NCBI GenBank assembly: GCA_965113315.1 | Contig: OZ220368.1 | DNA: 64,000 nucleotides | Reading direction: 5' to 3' (one strand) | Source: Podarcis vaucheri | Lineage: Eukaryota | Shown here: positions 25,005-40,000 of the stretch, one piece after another | How the letters are laid out: the number at the start of each line of letters is the position of its first letter | Numbering within the stretch: the stretch's first letter is position 1 | Notes under the pieces: generated by a model | The model's input: only the letters and a program-made list of their open reading frames with translations | Database searches by the model: none | What the model was told of the DNA's origin: nothing | Position numbers and translations under genes: made by a program

Positions 25005-28000
25005 CAAGAGAGGAAGACATACAATATAAAAAAGTATTAATAGCATTGTTTTGAGTCCACTGAAACACTACTGCTTTAATTTCCAGCATGGGCCAAACTA
25101 TGACACCCACTGTCCCAGACACAGTGCTGCATTTTTTAACTCTTCAGGATGAATATTGGCTGGTGATTAGGTCTCATCTGGATGCAGTCAGTCAGAAGAT
25201 CTGGGGTCCCAAGTTGTTCCATGTCGAACCGCATGAGCTACTGTGGGGCTTTCAACTGTGTCTGGATGCCCCAGGGGCTTCTCCTAGTCCCCTCTCTTCA
25301 CATCTCCCATTCCAACTGCCTTTTCCTTCATCTGGCTAAAGCTACTCCCTATCCCCCTCCTAGGATGAGATTGTTCCAACCCTTTCCTGAGAACATGGAT
25401 CCACCATAGGGCTCCACCTATATAATTATAACTGATCTCAGTATTTGATATTTAACTGTACACTGATAGCTGACATCTCCTTAACATGATGACAAAACAA
25501 GAATAAGAACTCTAAAGGGTGGCATTTTAATTTTGCGATTTGCTGTTGTCAAATTTCAGAATTTTCTGGAAGTTTGTTACTGTGTTACTGAAGAGAAGTG
25601 CGAGATTTACAGTAACGTATTAGCTGATGGTCAGGGGTCCCTTTACCTTTACCTATTAGCAACATTGCCTCCCATATTTGCATCTGTATTAACTGCCACA
25701 AGGGGGAGCTAAGCACTCAGATACTTCCCCATCGCAGTATACAGAAACCCCATTAGGCAACAATAAACCAGAGCCAACGAGAGAGCATCTTATTACAGTC
25801 AGGAGATCAATATATAAGATCCCACCCCATTCTGCTCCATCAGTTCTTAGTGCTGCAGCTTATTTTCAGTCTAGGGATTGCTCATTCTAATCCACTTGCT
25901 GGGGGTGCTTCATCCTTCACTTACTCCAGGGAATGATACCCACCAGCCTCTGTTTGTATTCCACCACCACTGCTTTGCCCTGCCCTGTGCATGATGTCAT
26001 TACAGCATTAGAGACAGAGCTCTATCGAAGATGCACAATCTGGGGGGGGGGGGACGGGGACAAAACACCAGACACAGGAAGCCTTGGCAGAAATGCTGGA
26101 GTGCAGAAGGGTTTTGGGGTCAAACACGGGAGACAAGGCTCATCTTCTATCCTTGCCCATTAGAACAGCTGCCCCTCCCAGATCCACCAAGTTACTGAAT
26201 ACATCACTCCTACCTAATAAACAGAAACTATGGACTTGCCAGCATTTGTAAAGAAGTCAGAGTCACTTCAAAAAAGCACGCAGATCTATACCAGGACTGG
26301 AATGCTGCTGCCAGAGCTCTTGAACTACATTAACATTTTTCAGCAGCCCCCTCCTGGGCAAGGCCACACCACATGACCTGAAAACAAACCCAACCTACAA
26401 GCCTTGTTGCATCACTAGGTATTGCCCCTTGGGGAATGAAAAGGGCAAACTCACACCTATGAAAAAGGAGAATGTTTTGTTTTCAACTTCCACGGAAACA
26501 GATGGAGAAACTCGATATTCAACTAAAAGGAAAAAACGTTGTCAACAGAAAGCTAAAAATAGGTTTAAATTGAATTAAAAAAGAGAAAGAGAGAGAACAG
26601 AAAGTGAATGAATAAGAAACTAAAACACACCTGTGCCAGGAGTTGCATAAATGAATCAACAATATCAGGATGATCCCTGGGCCCTAAAAATATAATAAAG
26701 ATGTAACTGAAGAGAAAAATCATACAAACAGCAACTCAACATCATATAGTTATGTGATACAGAAAGAATTTACAAGTGAAAACAGGAGTAAGGGAAGGAA
26801 GGGGAGGGTGCAAGGGAGTGGGTTGAGGAGGGCAGGCACATGAGCAGCTTGAAGCAAGTTAAAGAAACAAAACATACAAAAATCATGGAGCTTGGAAACC
26901 CAAGAACAGAAAGAAAGTGCAAAGGAATAGGCCTGTGCCCAGAGTCCCCTGCCAAGCACCAAGGATAGGAAGGGGAGAGCTCATTGCACCCTAGCAGGGG
27001 AAGAGAGAAGCAGGAACTAACTGGACACCAGCTTCATGTGGAGAACGAGCACATTTGAACTGGATACATGTTATCATGATTTACTTGGTCCTGAAAGACA
27101 ACTCCAGAGTCAAACAACAAATCCAGTATTGACATGGAGTAGGCACAAAGTCTTGGAAATCCACTAGAGTGCCGGATGGACAGTCCCAGCACAGTATTTT
27201 CCTAACATCCATGTCCACATGCCTACCTAGTTGGGAAGAACCCAACTTTCTGGCATTTTCTGCAGGGAAAGGCCAGCGTGGTTGCTGGTAAGCATACTTC
27301 CATTCCACAAAAGAGAAAGCCTTGTGGCATTATAAATTTAGCAAATTTATTATCACATAAGCTTTCCTGGATCTGAGAATTCTCTTCTTCCATGTTGGCT
27401 ATGCCTGACCCAGTCAGGCAGTAACAGGGCATCACTCCAAGCACTAGTTGCTCCCCATCAATTCTGAGTTCAAACAAGGACCTGGAGAAGGAAGCAGATA
27501 CCCCACCAACCATGCTGACTGGATCTGTACATGTATTCCAAGCTTTTCATCTCAGCTGGGGTCAACACGGAGTCAATATGGCAGTTCCATGCAAAGGCAA
27601 GTCCAAACACTTGCTGGGAATTTCACAAAGCTGTAAAAGGAATCCTTTGAGCTGGAGAACCAGGCAGATAGGATACAGAGTCCACATGACAAATGTTTTA
27701 TTTAGGCCACGGGGGGGAAAAACCCTGATGAATATGGTCGACTCCATAAAGAGCAGTGATGGGGTTAACTGAAAGACATTACAACACACTCCTGAGTGAT
27801 TCTTGCTTTCTACTCAGAGCCGACTGCTCGCTTCATGTTCCTCTTGGGGCTCTAACCCTGGAATCTGACACAGGGAGGGCACATTTCCAGTCATGAAGGA
27901 CAGGAGAAGAGGGGGAAATGGCAGCACTACTGTCCACTCAGGCACTGATATCTGAGGAGAAGCATGCCAGAGAGTCCACCTCAGCAAGAGCTTTTCATCT

Positions 28001-31000
28001 TCATCTGTACCAGCTAAAAGCTTTTGGAACTGAACGAGCACGGCCATGACCTGAGGAAGGTGTTCCCTCCCCCCACCTGCACACACCTTATAGTCGAGTC
28101 TGAACAGCTGAAACCAGGAACAGCAGTTTTCAACGTGGCAGCCTCACAAGACTGAAGGTGCCCAAGCACACGTACCTTGCTGAAACAGTGTTAGCGTAAC
28201 TGATGTGACGAGCAGAAAGAGCGCCTTGATAGGTGGGAAATGGGCAGGCTCATGGGCAAAGATGTGAACCAGCTGGGGATATAAAATACAAAGGGCATTG
28301 AAGCCAGAGCAGTCTGGTATGACCCATTCCATCCCATATTTGTAGCCCCTAGCTATCCCCCGTGTAAGTCTACCTGCCTGTTCTCTGCCTGAAAACATCA
28401 ACAAGACCCTTGCTGCTAACACAACAAAGGGGACAGAGACCAGCAGGCATAGGAACAGTACAGAGGGTAGGAATTACTCAACAGATTATCAGTCTCCATT
28501 GTAAACTTAGTAGCTTCCAGGAATTCTAGTACTTAGACTTACCTGTCGAGTGAGATCAATTGCAGATGCCTGAGGAATGGTGCTATACATCTGGCCCAGC
28601 ATCTCACACAGTTGAGGCACCATGGGTGCAAAGTCATCCAGGAGGGTCTTCACAGACTTTTCAAAAATGGAGCACACAGACTGTGGGAAGAGGAAGGGCT
28701 GCGTCAAGGGAGGACTGCTTAAATAACTTGTTCCTTAGCTAAATATCTACTGATTCTGTACTTCACCTTTCCTCAAAGAAGCCTGAGGTGCCATAAATAG
28801 TTTCCTCCACCCACCTCCAATTCAGTTCTGTGAGGTAAGTTTGGCGTGGTCGGCCAAACTCCTAAGCCTAAAAGTAGAATACCAAATTGAACAGAATGTG
28901 GGAATCAAGTGAAAAGAGAGACTTATCCAACACCACAAACATACCTTCTTCAAGTTCTGCCAACAACCACCAGTGCCAACCTGGGAATCTCCTATCTAAC
29001 TATAGCTATGTGGGCAAAGTGTTGCTTGTTTTTTAACCTAGAAGATGCATTACCTCCACAACCTGGGCATCATTCAGCCACTTGCTGAGCACTTTCTGGA
29101 TAAGCTGGAAGACTTGCTGCAGCACCATCACCACCTAGAGGAAGAAGATAGAAGAGAATTACGAAACTGGCTTGGTCTACCACAGTTTGAGGAGGAGGAG
29201 GAGGAGGAGGAGGAGAGAGCTCAAAACCATTCAGATCCAGGGATGAAAAGATGGTATTAGAGGCCTCTCTAGAGATTGCTCCACAACTCATATTATGCCA
29301 GAGTAGTTTTCAAAAGTCTCACAATACCAGATGTGTAGCTGCCCTCACTTCTTTTTAAAAGCGAACACAAAGAAAATATACACAATTGAAGGGACATTCT
29401 GAGCTCTCTTCTGATCACTCAGTAGTCACGACAAACAGCTCACAATCTGCAGTGATGAAGTGGCTAATCTACGTGGGCTCATTCCAATAGTTAAAGTAAC
29501 ACACACAGTGCTATGTTGTACACCACCTATTTTCACAACCCTTCAACCATTCTATGCTACTGCCCATCAAGAGTTAGAAGAAGCTGCCTACAGTTACATG
29601 GCAGGGAACAGGCACAGCCAAATAAACATGGAGTTGTATGCCCTAATGTATAAAAAGAACTACTCAGACACATGTAACACCCACCGGATTGGGGCCCTGA
29701 GGCACCGGCAGCTTCTTGACCTCTGAGCTCTCATGATCATCATCATGATGACTGATGTCCAATGTGGTGAAGAGGTTGGAGAGCAAGCCCAAAATGTGGA
29801 TGATGGCCAACTTATTGGAGGGGTTTGGCTGCAAGGCAAGGCATCACTATAGCAGTTACAGTAGATCCAGGATATGGGCCACTCACATCAGATGTCCCAG
29901 AGTGGCAGCAAGAATGGACAGCACAACTGTGAAGCATAGTCTAGTGATTGATTCCCCCCCCCCACCAGCCAATTCTCACCCACTCCGTTCTTGACTTCAG
30001 AAGCATAATGGAAAACAGGGCAGGGGGAAGGAATTTAAAAACCAGAGGACAGAGATAAGAAATGAGAGGCTTGCAAGACCAGGGAGGTATGGTTAAAACA
30101 AGGCACAACTTGCAACAAGAGTAGAGTTTTACACACAACAGGCTCTATTCTTTCTTAAAAGAAGGTTGGCAAACAGCCACCACCAAGAAAGGGGAGTAGC
30201 TCACCGTTTCATCAGCCAGCTTCTCCAGCTGCTGGATGTAAGGAGTAATCAGTGAGTGCAGATTCTTCAAAATCTCCTCCACTTGGAGGGCAGACAGCAA
30301 GAAGCCCAGAGCTTGCATCAGCCACATGCACTGACTTGTCTGGGGGCAGAACAAGATGGACAACATTCTTAGTTTCTCCTATTATCCTCAGAAAGTCATG
30401 CTACACTACATCTCAGTTGGAGTTTATTCTCCGACTATTTTTTGTCAACTCTAATGCTTAAGTCTTAGCTATGCCTTCTGGAAGTCTCAACACAGAAACC
30501 TGTGTTTAGTGCTAGAACTTAGCACCAAAATAGCCATTGTATGAACCCTGAGTCACAGATAAACACAAATAAGACTCTTTCATGCAGCTTTGGAATGCCT
30601 GGAAACATAATGGATGTCTATCTAAACCAGGAAAGAAAAATGTGTGACTCTACAGATGCTTTTGGATTCCAACTCCCAACAGTTCTTGCCTGCAAAGCCA
30701 ATGGCCAGCAACTTCTGGAGGGTCACAGATTTCCCACTCCTGATCAAAACTCTGTTTGGGAGACATGCATGCAGTTTCACCAATCCCTCTAATCCTCCTC
30801 TCATTGACTGGAATGCTCAATACTTCGGAAATAATAACCTGATAGGTAACCATATATTCTGTACACTCTTTGACCCTCTGCACCAGGGAGGAGTATAAGT
30901 ATCTTACCTTGTGAATCTGCTTCATTAGCACATCCTACAGAAGGAAAGATGTGAGAAAGTAAGTACTCGCCCCACAGCAGAAACGTTTAACAATGCTCCA

Positions 31001-34000
31001 ACCACAATATCAACTGACAACTCTGGGAGACAAATACTGATCTGGAGCATGGGCGCTGTGACATTTCAAGTGGATAAGCAAGAGAAGGCTAACTCCCTTC
31101 TGATTAACTTAAGCTTGGCCCCTTCCATACATGCTTTTAAGAGGGCCTTGAAAAGCTCTCTACTGCTTTTCCTGAAGAGTGTTAAAGACTTGTATGATTC
31201 AGAGCAGCTTTCTCATAGTAGTTGTACACCTGTCTGATGTACCTATTGTCATCTTGCATCAATCTTTTTACATACCGGTGAGGGCTTGATCTTAAAATGC
31301 AGCTTATAAATATCTGAATAAATAATCAATAAGCACCCTCTCCCTCCTACAGTGAAAGCCAACCCTTCTCAAGGATGCTTCATAATGAATAAGTAGTCAT
31401 CAGTGATTCATTATAGGCAGTGGTTTCATACAGCTTGTCTCCCAAGCTCCATAATGTCAGCAGCAAGGGTCAACAGTTCTGCTTCCTCCACACACCCTGC
31501 AAGCATAATTTTTCCTCTTCTAGAAGGAAATGTGAAGGGGAAACCAAAGACTGCATTTAGTTTAGCAGAAAGCTGAGCTGAATCTTGACCAAATTTCCAC
31601 TGCAGAAGTAGCTCAAAGTCAATCCACCTTGCCAGCTGCCAAAACAGATGAACACATATCTTCAAACTGATAAGATTCAAGTTATTTTAACTGATAGATG
31701 CAGTCAGAATTCCCATTCTGACAATGTGCAATAAATATTTACTCCACTAAATCTCACATACACACGTAGTTATCCTCCTCAGAATGTTCCTACTGCTCTA
31801 AGCCCTGTTGAATTATCTCTGCTTTACATACAGCTCAAAACTAGTCAGTGACTTAAACTTCCATGTTCTCATAGAACCATGTATCTTTAGACCATTATTT
31901 CAGTTACCTGAGAGACAGCAACTATGTTGGCAGCATAGGGAGGCAAGTCATACTTGCACTCACGGCAGATTTTCTTAAGGGTTGAGACACTAGAGATGGA
32001 CAACTCAGGATTGCCCAGAGCCTGTAGCACCAGGGGTAAGACATTGTTGATCATGACAGGGTGGTCAGCCAGCCACTCTGAAAGTGCTCCTAAGAAAGAT
32101 AGAAAATGCAGAGTCATGAGCTGCTCTGTTTAATGTGCCAAATGCTATCAGTACAGCCCACAAAAAGCAAAGAAGCACCCCATCAGTATTTAGTTATTTA
32201 AAAGCATTACTAAACCACTTCATTAAAGGTCTAAGCAACATACAAAAATACAGCCATAAACAGGATCATAAAAACAGCTAGTGCAGTTCCCTCAGCACAG
32301 GTGCACTATGTACACGTCAAGGTGCTCCATTCAAAAAACTGGCTGTAACATTCTCTGCCAGATATAGCTTCCAAACCATCTCAAGGAAGCTCCACATGGA
32401 CTACTGTAATGCACACCAATTTCAGGCATTAGGAATCTTTTCAGTCCAAGGGCCACATTTCCTCACTGCCAACCTTCAGGGAGCTACATGCTGGTGGGGG
32501 AGTAAAAAAAATAAATTGCCCCATTCTGTTTTGACCACACTCAAAGCTGGCACACATATACACATAGCAGAGACAACGCAAGGCTTTTTGCAGCCTAATT
32601 GTAGCACAGGCTTGGGCAAGGAGAGGGTACTGTGGACTGGATGAAGAGGCCCCACAGGCCACATCCAGCCTATGGACTGCTGGTTCCATAGTGTTGTAAG
32701 ACCTCAACAGCCTGAGGTTCTTTGGGTTAACCTTCCCTTTCAGCACCCATTCCCTCCCCATACCCAGTCTTCTTACCAATAGTGAACATAACCGTATCTG
32801 CAAGCTGCACATTGCTGATGCTGATGTGAGGAATGAGCCCAATGAGGCCAGGCACTACATCCGAGTAGTTTACATCTATTGTTTCTGCGATGGACTGGAA
32901 CCCATAAAGTAAAGCTTCTGTGTGCTGCCAGAGAAAAAAGATTTCATTCTTGAGCCCAGGCCGAACTCTAATGCCCCACATAGATATTTGTTTTTTATTT
33001 ATTTATTAAATGCATATACCTCCGTTCATCCGATTTGCAGCATGGACTCAGCGTTGGTGCTGAATTTTACAAAGGGTGGTTCAAACACCACTACCCAAAT
33101 GAACAGTGATATATAAATATTTTAAATTTATTTAATCAAACTTGAAGGCAATGAAGGCAGAGACACAGTATGTTGAAAAAGTCCCCAACCTAGATTTCAT
33201 TTTTACAAAAAATATGCAGGGCTAACTTCCATAGAAAGTTATGATGAGTTGTTGATCCTTTACACTTAGTAGCACAATAATAATTGTTTCACCAGTAAGC
33301 TTTTTGCAGGGGCATCGTATCCAGTTAGTCAAATTCTTCAGGTCAAGGAACCCCTTTCCCCAGCAACATAAAGCACCTGCTATCCTTCAGTGCAACCCCA
33401 ACCAGACATCCTGAAAGCGCTGGGCTATATAACACACAGGGCTCACCCACACTTCCACTTGTCCCATGCCTTGAAAGCATGGATCCAAAAGGTTTTCCAC
33501 TTGTCCTGTTTGTCTCACCACTTTCCATGGGAACAAACACCAATCTGCAGAAAAATCGATTGGCGTTTGCTCTGATTCAGCAGTAAAAAGTGGGTTTCCT
33601 GGGGGGAAAGGGGCAGGGCAAATGTGGATGAGCTCATTGTGTAGTCTCTCCCCTTCCTGCACCTGCAAGAGGAGGAAGGATACACCTGCATCCATGCTCC
33701 CTCTCACCACGGGCTATTCTAGCAAGATATGGACTGCTGAGGTTGCATACTTAGTATGCTGGAGTGCTGGTATGTTTGCTACTGTCTTAAGGCTTCCAGG
33801 TGCGTGGACTGTAAATCATGGCTAGGCTGGGTTTTTGCTTGGCTGTCACATTGATGAACGAGGAGCCCCTGCGGTCACTGGTCCTTGACGCCCATCACTG
33901 TTTGCTGTGCCAGTAACACACTGTCAACATGCCAAGGTGAACAGATACATTCTGATTAGCTGCCACACAGAAACCTCTAGCCTGGCATTACCACCCATCA

Positions 34001-37000
34001 TGGCACAGGAGACATATCTAAGAATCTTTCAGCATCTTTCAGCAAACTGTAAAGGCAGATTTTCTTTGTAACACTGGAGGTAGTAGGACAACTACACTCC
34101 TCAATTTTCCCAGTACAGAAACCTAACTTGTAGACTATATAAAAACATGTGGTAACACAAACCCTATGGTAAGGAAAAATAGATATAATTGAGCATGCAT
34201 CCTGCTGTCAGATATCTTGCATAATTTGGTGGCTGCCACACAGTGATGAGAGGTGTGCCAGAATGCTTGCAAAAACCACCAGCAGTGTCTAACACTAGGA
34301 GACAAATCAGCAAGCTGAAAGTTGGGGCATAAAAGCAATCCTTCAGTCCCAATTTTATAAGTAACCAACTCAGATGTACACTACAAGGAAGAGGTTGACA
34401 CATTTCAGACCCATTCAACAATTCTAACAACTTTTTGGAGTTTTGTGACTTTGGATTGCCCTTCTACACATACTGCTCTGAGATTTAACAGATGGCTCTT
34501 CTAACCAAGACACTCTGCACCTTCACTTTACCTTAGGCACCTCTCTTCCACAATGCTCTCGCCCCAGGTTTAACAAGGACTAGTACCATCCTTTCTTTAA
34601 AATCTGCAGCATCTTCAGCCTCTGTGCTTGCTGCATTCCTCTAGCTTGTGTTCCATTTGAGGGTGGAGCTCTCCACTCACCTGCCATGAGGATGGCTGCT
34701 CTGTGTTGGTCAAGAGGCGACCTAGTTTGTCATATAAGCTGCTCAACAGCTCTGCTCCAAGCATTTCATACACATACATCAAGGTGTCAGAGATGTCCAC
34801 TCTAAGGAAATGAGCAAATGAGAGTTACAAAACACTCCCACATTACTAAATAGCAGCTAAATTGCTGAAACAGTTATAGCCCATAGCCAAATCAGGGCAA
34901 GTTCAATGTTTACTCCCATTAATGAAGCATGATCAACTTCCTCTTCTGCAGATTCTAAGCACTGCACACCAACTGAATGCTAAGGGATATGATTAGGCAA
35001 AAGGTCATACCGGTATATCCGAAATTGCTCCTTTTCATCAGAGGACCAGCAGCTGTACTCTTCATCAGAGGGAAACTGTGCCTTGTGCAGGAGCACATCC
35101 ACCAGCTGGAAATAGACAGGCCGATATACCTGCTGATACATGGCCTGCTTTTCTGGATCAAAAGAGAGGATGTCATCCTGCAAAGAAAAAGATCATTCAA
35201 CAAGTGGAGGTTGTAAAAATCAGCCCTGAACTCCAGCAATCATGTTGATGTTAACACAATCAGTCCCCCAAGCATTTTGATGTGATTGGGGGTGGGGGGG
35301 AAATCACCTCGCATTGCTGTTGAATCTCTATATGGGAAACCCAGAAATGACATTTTAGAGTCAAGTTACTCCACTCAAATATTCTCCTTAATGCATCAAA
35401 GATCCTTCCTAGCTTTTAGGAGCAGTTCTACATATTTTGTCAGGTCACTCTCTCTGTAGTATCATTCCTTCTCAATACATTGACACCAACTAGACAAGTA
35501 CAGAAGCCATCACAGGCTGGTAAAGCAGCTGACCATGTCTGCTTTCTTCTACTTTTAGTGACCAACACCTTGCTCTTTCCTTTAGAGACAGTTTTAGCCA
35601 GTTAAGGAATAAATCCGTCCCCTACAGTATAGCAATGTCTGCTCCAAGAAGAAAGCTGGGTATTCCTATGCTGCTCAAGGCTGGCATGGACAAGGTTACC
35701 TTATAAACTAGGCTGATGCAAAAACAGATGTATAGAAAAGAAAAGTAAGAAGGGATTCTGGGTCAGTGAATACAATCCTGGAGGCTTCACTAAACCTCTG
35801 ATTTAAGATTCTTCCACTAGGCAGAGCTTATGAAGGAAATAGAAAGGCTGATCCTGGGCTGTCTGGCACAAAATTACCAAAGGTTTTGGGAACCCATGGG
35901 AAACTGCAAAGGTGTGTACTGGTGTGGGTTAGACCATGCAGAAAAAGTCTTCTGCTGTCTCTCTGCTCTTGAGCAGCCTATAAAAGATGCTGCTTTCAGT
36001 TTTGTTCCCTTCATTAGGAACAATGTGCCTGTGGACTCAAGTACTGCGCCAGTCACACACTGAGACAATGCATGACCTCATCTCATTTCAAGCTGGCACC
36101 CAGAGAAGCAGCAGCTCAACAGCTAGCCTTGCTCTTGGGCAGTGCAGGAGTATGTCAGGCTAATTTGCCATGCTAATGAAGCTTCTGGGCTCCAAGGAAG
36201 TGTGGGGGTGGGGAGGGCAAGTCAGACCAGGCTGCACTGCTTCGAGGACTGTGTCTCAGCATAGCAGCACGCATACACCACAACAGACAAATCTGCATCT
36301 GCATTAATTGTGCTTGGAACTGGGAATAGCAGCACTTTGCCTGTCAAGACAGAGAACAAACTTGGTCTTCTTCCATAGCTGAAAAGAGCTATTATCTGTA
36401 AGGCTCTTCCAATAAGGCCACTGATGCACTATGGGTTACTCTAGTAAAGAAACACCTTGCCACCACTAGACAGCAAACTAAATGGAGCTCTCTTCCTGTC
36501 AAAACAGGGTACTCACAGTCAAGTTGTTCTCTAGCAGAAAGAGAGGAAGATGATAAATCTACCTCACAGCGAATAATTTCATTCATGTAATGAAGTGTTT
36601 AGTTTACACACTTCTTGAAGAAGGTGGAGTCTGAGCTGCAAATAAATACCTGCAGGACCTAAAAGGAGTTTAAGGCTCACAGGTATATCTGAGCATCTTC
36701 TCTGTTGCCACAGAACATATTACTGGAACACAACTATGTTTATACACCATGTTTATACAGTGAGCAGAATTACTATACATCCTTGTCACTCATTCTGGCC
36801 TTCAATATATGCATGCAAGAATGCAAGAATTTCCACTCCATTAAGCACAGAGCATACATCAAGTTTGGCCTCAGAGCTTCTAGTGGACAATTCCAGAACA
36901 TTCCACTATACTCAATCCAGAGCCAATATCTATACAATCTACATGACAAGTGCTTGCATATGCAGAACAATTAGTGTAATCGTCATAAACAACTTTAATG

Positions 37001-40000
37001 TGCTAGCTATTAGCCTTGCCAACTTTTTCATGTAGAGGCATGCAGAACCGCTAGTACAAGCACATGCCTGGCACCAACCAAAGTACAAGCCAGAGAACAA
37101 ACCTATAAAGATGGCACTGAAGAAGTCCACTTCATGAAGGTGGCTAACACTTACCTGAAGTGTATACCAGAAAGTGAGTGTAAGTGAACTTGTGGTCTCA
37201 TTGACAGGATAGTGTCCTGGGATCCCAGTGCAGAACATGATCATGTTAACCAGTGCTAGGAAGCTCTGCCAGTGGTCCACTTGGTCCAAGAGAGCTCTGT
37301 GGGAGACAGTAGGCACACTGCATCAGGAATTGGCTCTGCCATTGCAGGTGCATAGAAACAGCAGTCACCCCACATTTGGGATAATACAGTACAGTACATC
37401 AGTGCACTATACCCTCTACAGCAGGCACCCCCAAACTCAGCCTTCCAGCTGTTTTAGGACTACAACTCCCATTATCCCTAGCTAACAGGACCAGTGGTCA
37501 GAGATGATGGGAATTGTAGTCCCAAAGCAGCTGGAGGACCGAGTTTGGGGATGCCTGCTCTACAGGAAAAGGGCTAGAAAGCAAACTGAAAGGGATTCAG
37601 CCAACTCAAGCAAGTGGAAAGGGGTTCCGTATAGTCCAGGCATGGCCAAACTTGGCCCTCCAGCCATTTTGGGACTACAACTCCCATCATCCCTAGCTAA
37701 CAGGACCAGTGGTCAGGGATGATGGGAACTATAGTCCCAAAACAGCTGGTAGGCCAACTTTGGCCATGCCTGGTATAGTATCTCTACTATCATGCACAGA
37801 TACATTAGCATCCATATGACCCTTTGGATCTTTGAGCTGCTTTAGAATGAGGTTTGGGAGACTTATGGGCTGCTTAGCGACAAAGAAACCTAGTAGGGCA
37901 CATAGCTGTCAACTTACAGATTTGAAAATAAGGGACCAGCAGCCTCAAAAATAAGGGATCAGCAGCCAAAATAAGGGATTTTCCCAGCACAAGTATGTTC
38001 ATCTTCTGAGCCCCTCTGAGCCAAAGGCAGAAAGCCCAGCCAACAGCCAAATGAAGCCTCAAGAGGTGGTTCCCACAGCGCAGCAACCTGGCAAAGGGGA
38101 TGCAGCCAGGAAAACCACCGTCACCTCTCCGCTGGGAAGCACTGAGCAAAGGCGAGTCCCCAGGCAACACAGCACAAGGCATGCAAGCTCCACCCCCCCA
38201 GTCATTCTTAGACTCCTTATTGGGTGAGCAACGCAGCCAAGCAACACAGTTGGAGCCTCCCTCCTCCCTGGTCGGCAGGGAGAGGAGCTACTTCCTTTGA
38301 AACCCAGGAAATTTAAGGGACATCATCAATAAGGGACAGCAGTGGGGCACGGCGCTGGGATAAGGGACTTTCCCGCCAAATAAGGGACAGTTGACAGCTA
38401 TGGTAGGGCAGAGGGAACACTCCCCAAAATAGCTCCACTTTCTACTGATCATTGCTATCAGATTCCATCACCATGCTCCTCACCGGGAATGATTCTCCCC
38501 CAGGGCAACAGCAATGCGGCAGATCCCATGAGATGTCTCCATATCCCTGCTCTGAACTGCTTGACGTAGTTGTTCCTGGAGTCCCAGAACAGGTGGGATG
38601 AGCTTCAGAAGAGTATTCACATACCTGCCAAGGGAGAGAGGATATGGGAGGCTTTATGCCTATATAGCCTCGTAAAATAATGAACCTTCAATCACAAATG
38701 TAAGATGACTCCTGCTGAATCAAGCCAGATAGCAGTTTTGCCCAGCCTTCCATTTCCCATGTTGCCCAACCAGATGCTTCAGGAAGCTCGTAAGCAAGGG
38801 ATGAAGGTAACAGACCTGTCCTACAATTTGCTCTGCAGCAACTGTACTCGGAGTTATATAATCTGTGAACCTGGAGTTTCTGTTAAATACTATTGCTACT
38901 GACCTTTCATAGACCATTTCCCCCCATGAAGGTGGCTTATCTCTTGCACCAGTGAATTCCACAAGTTAGTTGTGCACTGTGTGAAGAACTATTTTCTTTT
39001 TGTCTATCCTCAATTTGCCAATCAATAGTGAGTGACCCTGAGTGTTGGGAGTAAGAAAAAAATTCTCCACCACACAACTCATGATTTTTTTGAAGCTCTA
39101 TCATCCTCTTCTTGTCTTTTATCTAAATATAAAAGCCCCAAACACCAAGGGCATCTTACACAGACCTCTCCTCCACAACTCTGAAAGTGCCTACATCAGT
39201 CAGGAAACCCAAGCCAACTGTAAAGAGTGTATTTTGTTATCTCTAGGCTTGTCGCATGCAAACTACTGTCACATTAACCAACACATCAATACCCATTTTG
39301 CCTCTTGGAAGTGAAATTTTTCAGATATGAGATTTGCTATACCTCTTAAATGATTCTTCCTGGCACAGAATATTGATAACTTACCGTATTTTTTGCACCA
39401 TAACACTCACTTTTTTCCTTCTAAAAAGTAAGGGGAAATGTCTGTGCGTGTTATGGAGGGAATGCCTACAGGTGGCATGCCTACAGATTTTCCTCCTCTA
39501 AAAACTACATGCGTGTTATGGTCGAGTGCGTGTTATAGAGTGAAAAATACGGTACATTAAATGGCCTTCTCTTCCACAACAAACCTTTCAAAATTCCTGA
39601 TCTACAGGTCTTGTAAGCTAACAAACACTGCTGAGAGAACATACCTAGAACTTTCATGATGAAGAGTCCTGTAGCACTTTAAAGACTAATACAGTGGTAC
39701 CTTGGATTACAGATGCTTCAGGTTACAGACGCTTCAGGTTACAGACTCCGCTAACCCAGAAATAGTACCTCGGGTTAAGAACTTTGCTTCAGGATGAGAA
39801 CAGAAATCATGTGGTGGCAGCGCAGCGGCAGCAGGAGGCCCCATTAGCTAAAGTGGTACCTCAGGTTAAGAACAGTTTCAAGTTAAGAATAGACCTCCAG
39901 AACAAATTAAGTTCTTCACCTGAGGTACCACTGTAACTCATGACATGAGCCTACATGAAATACCTCAAATAGGAAGAAGGTTTGTATACACCATGGAAGA

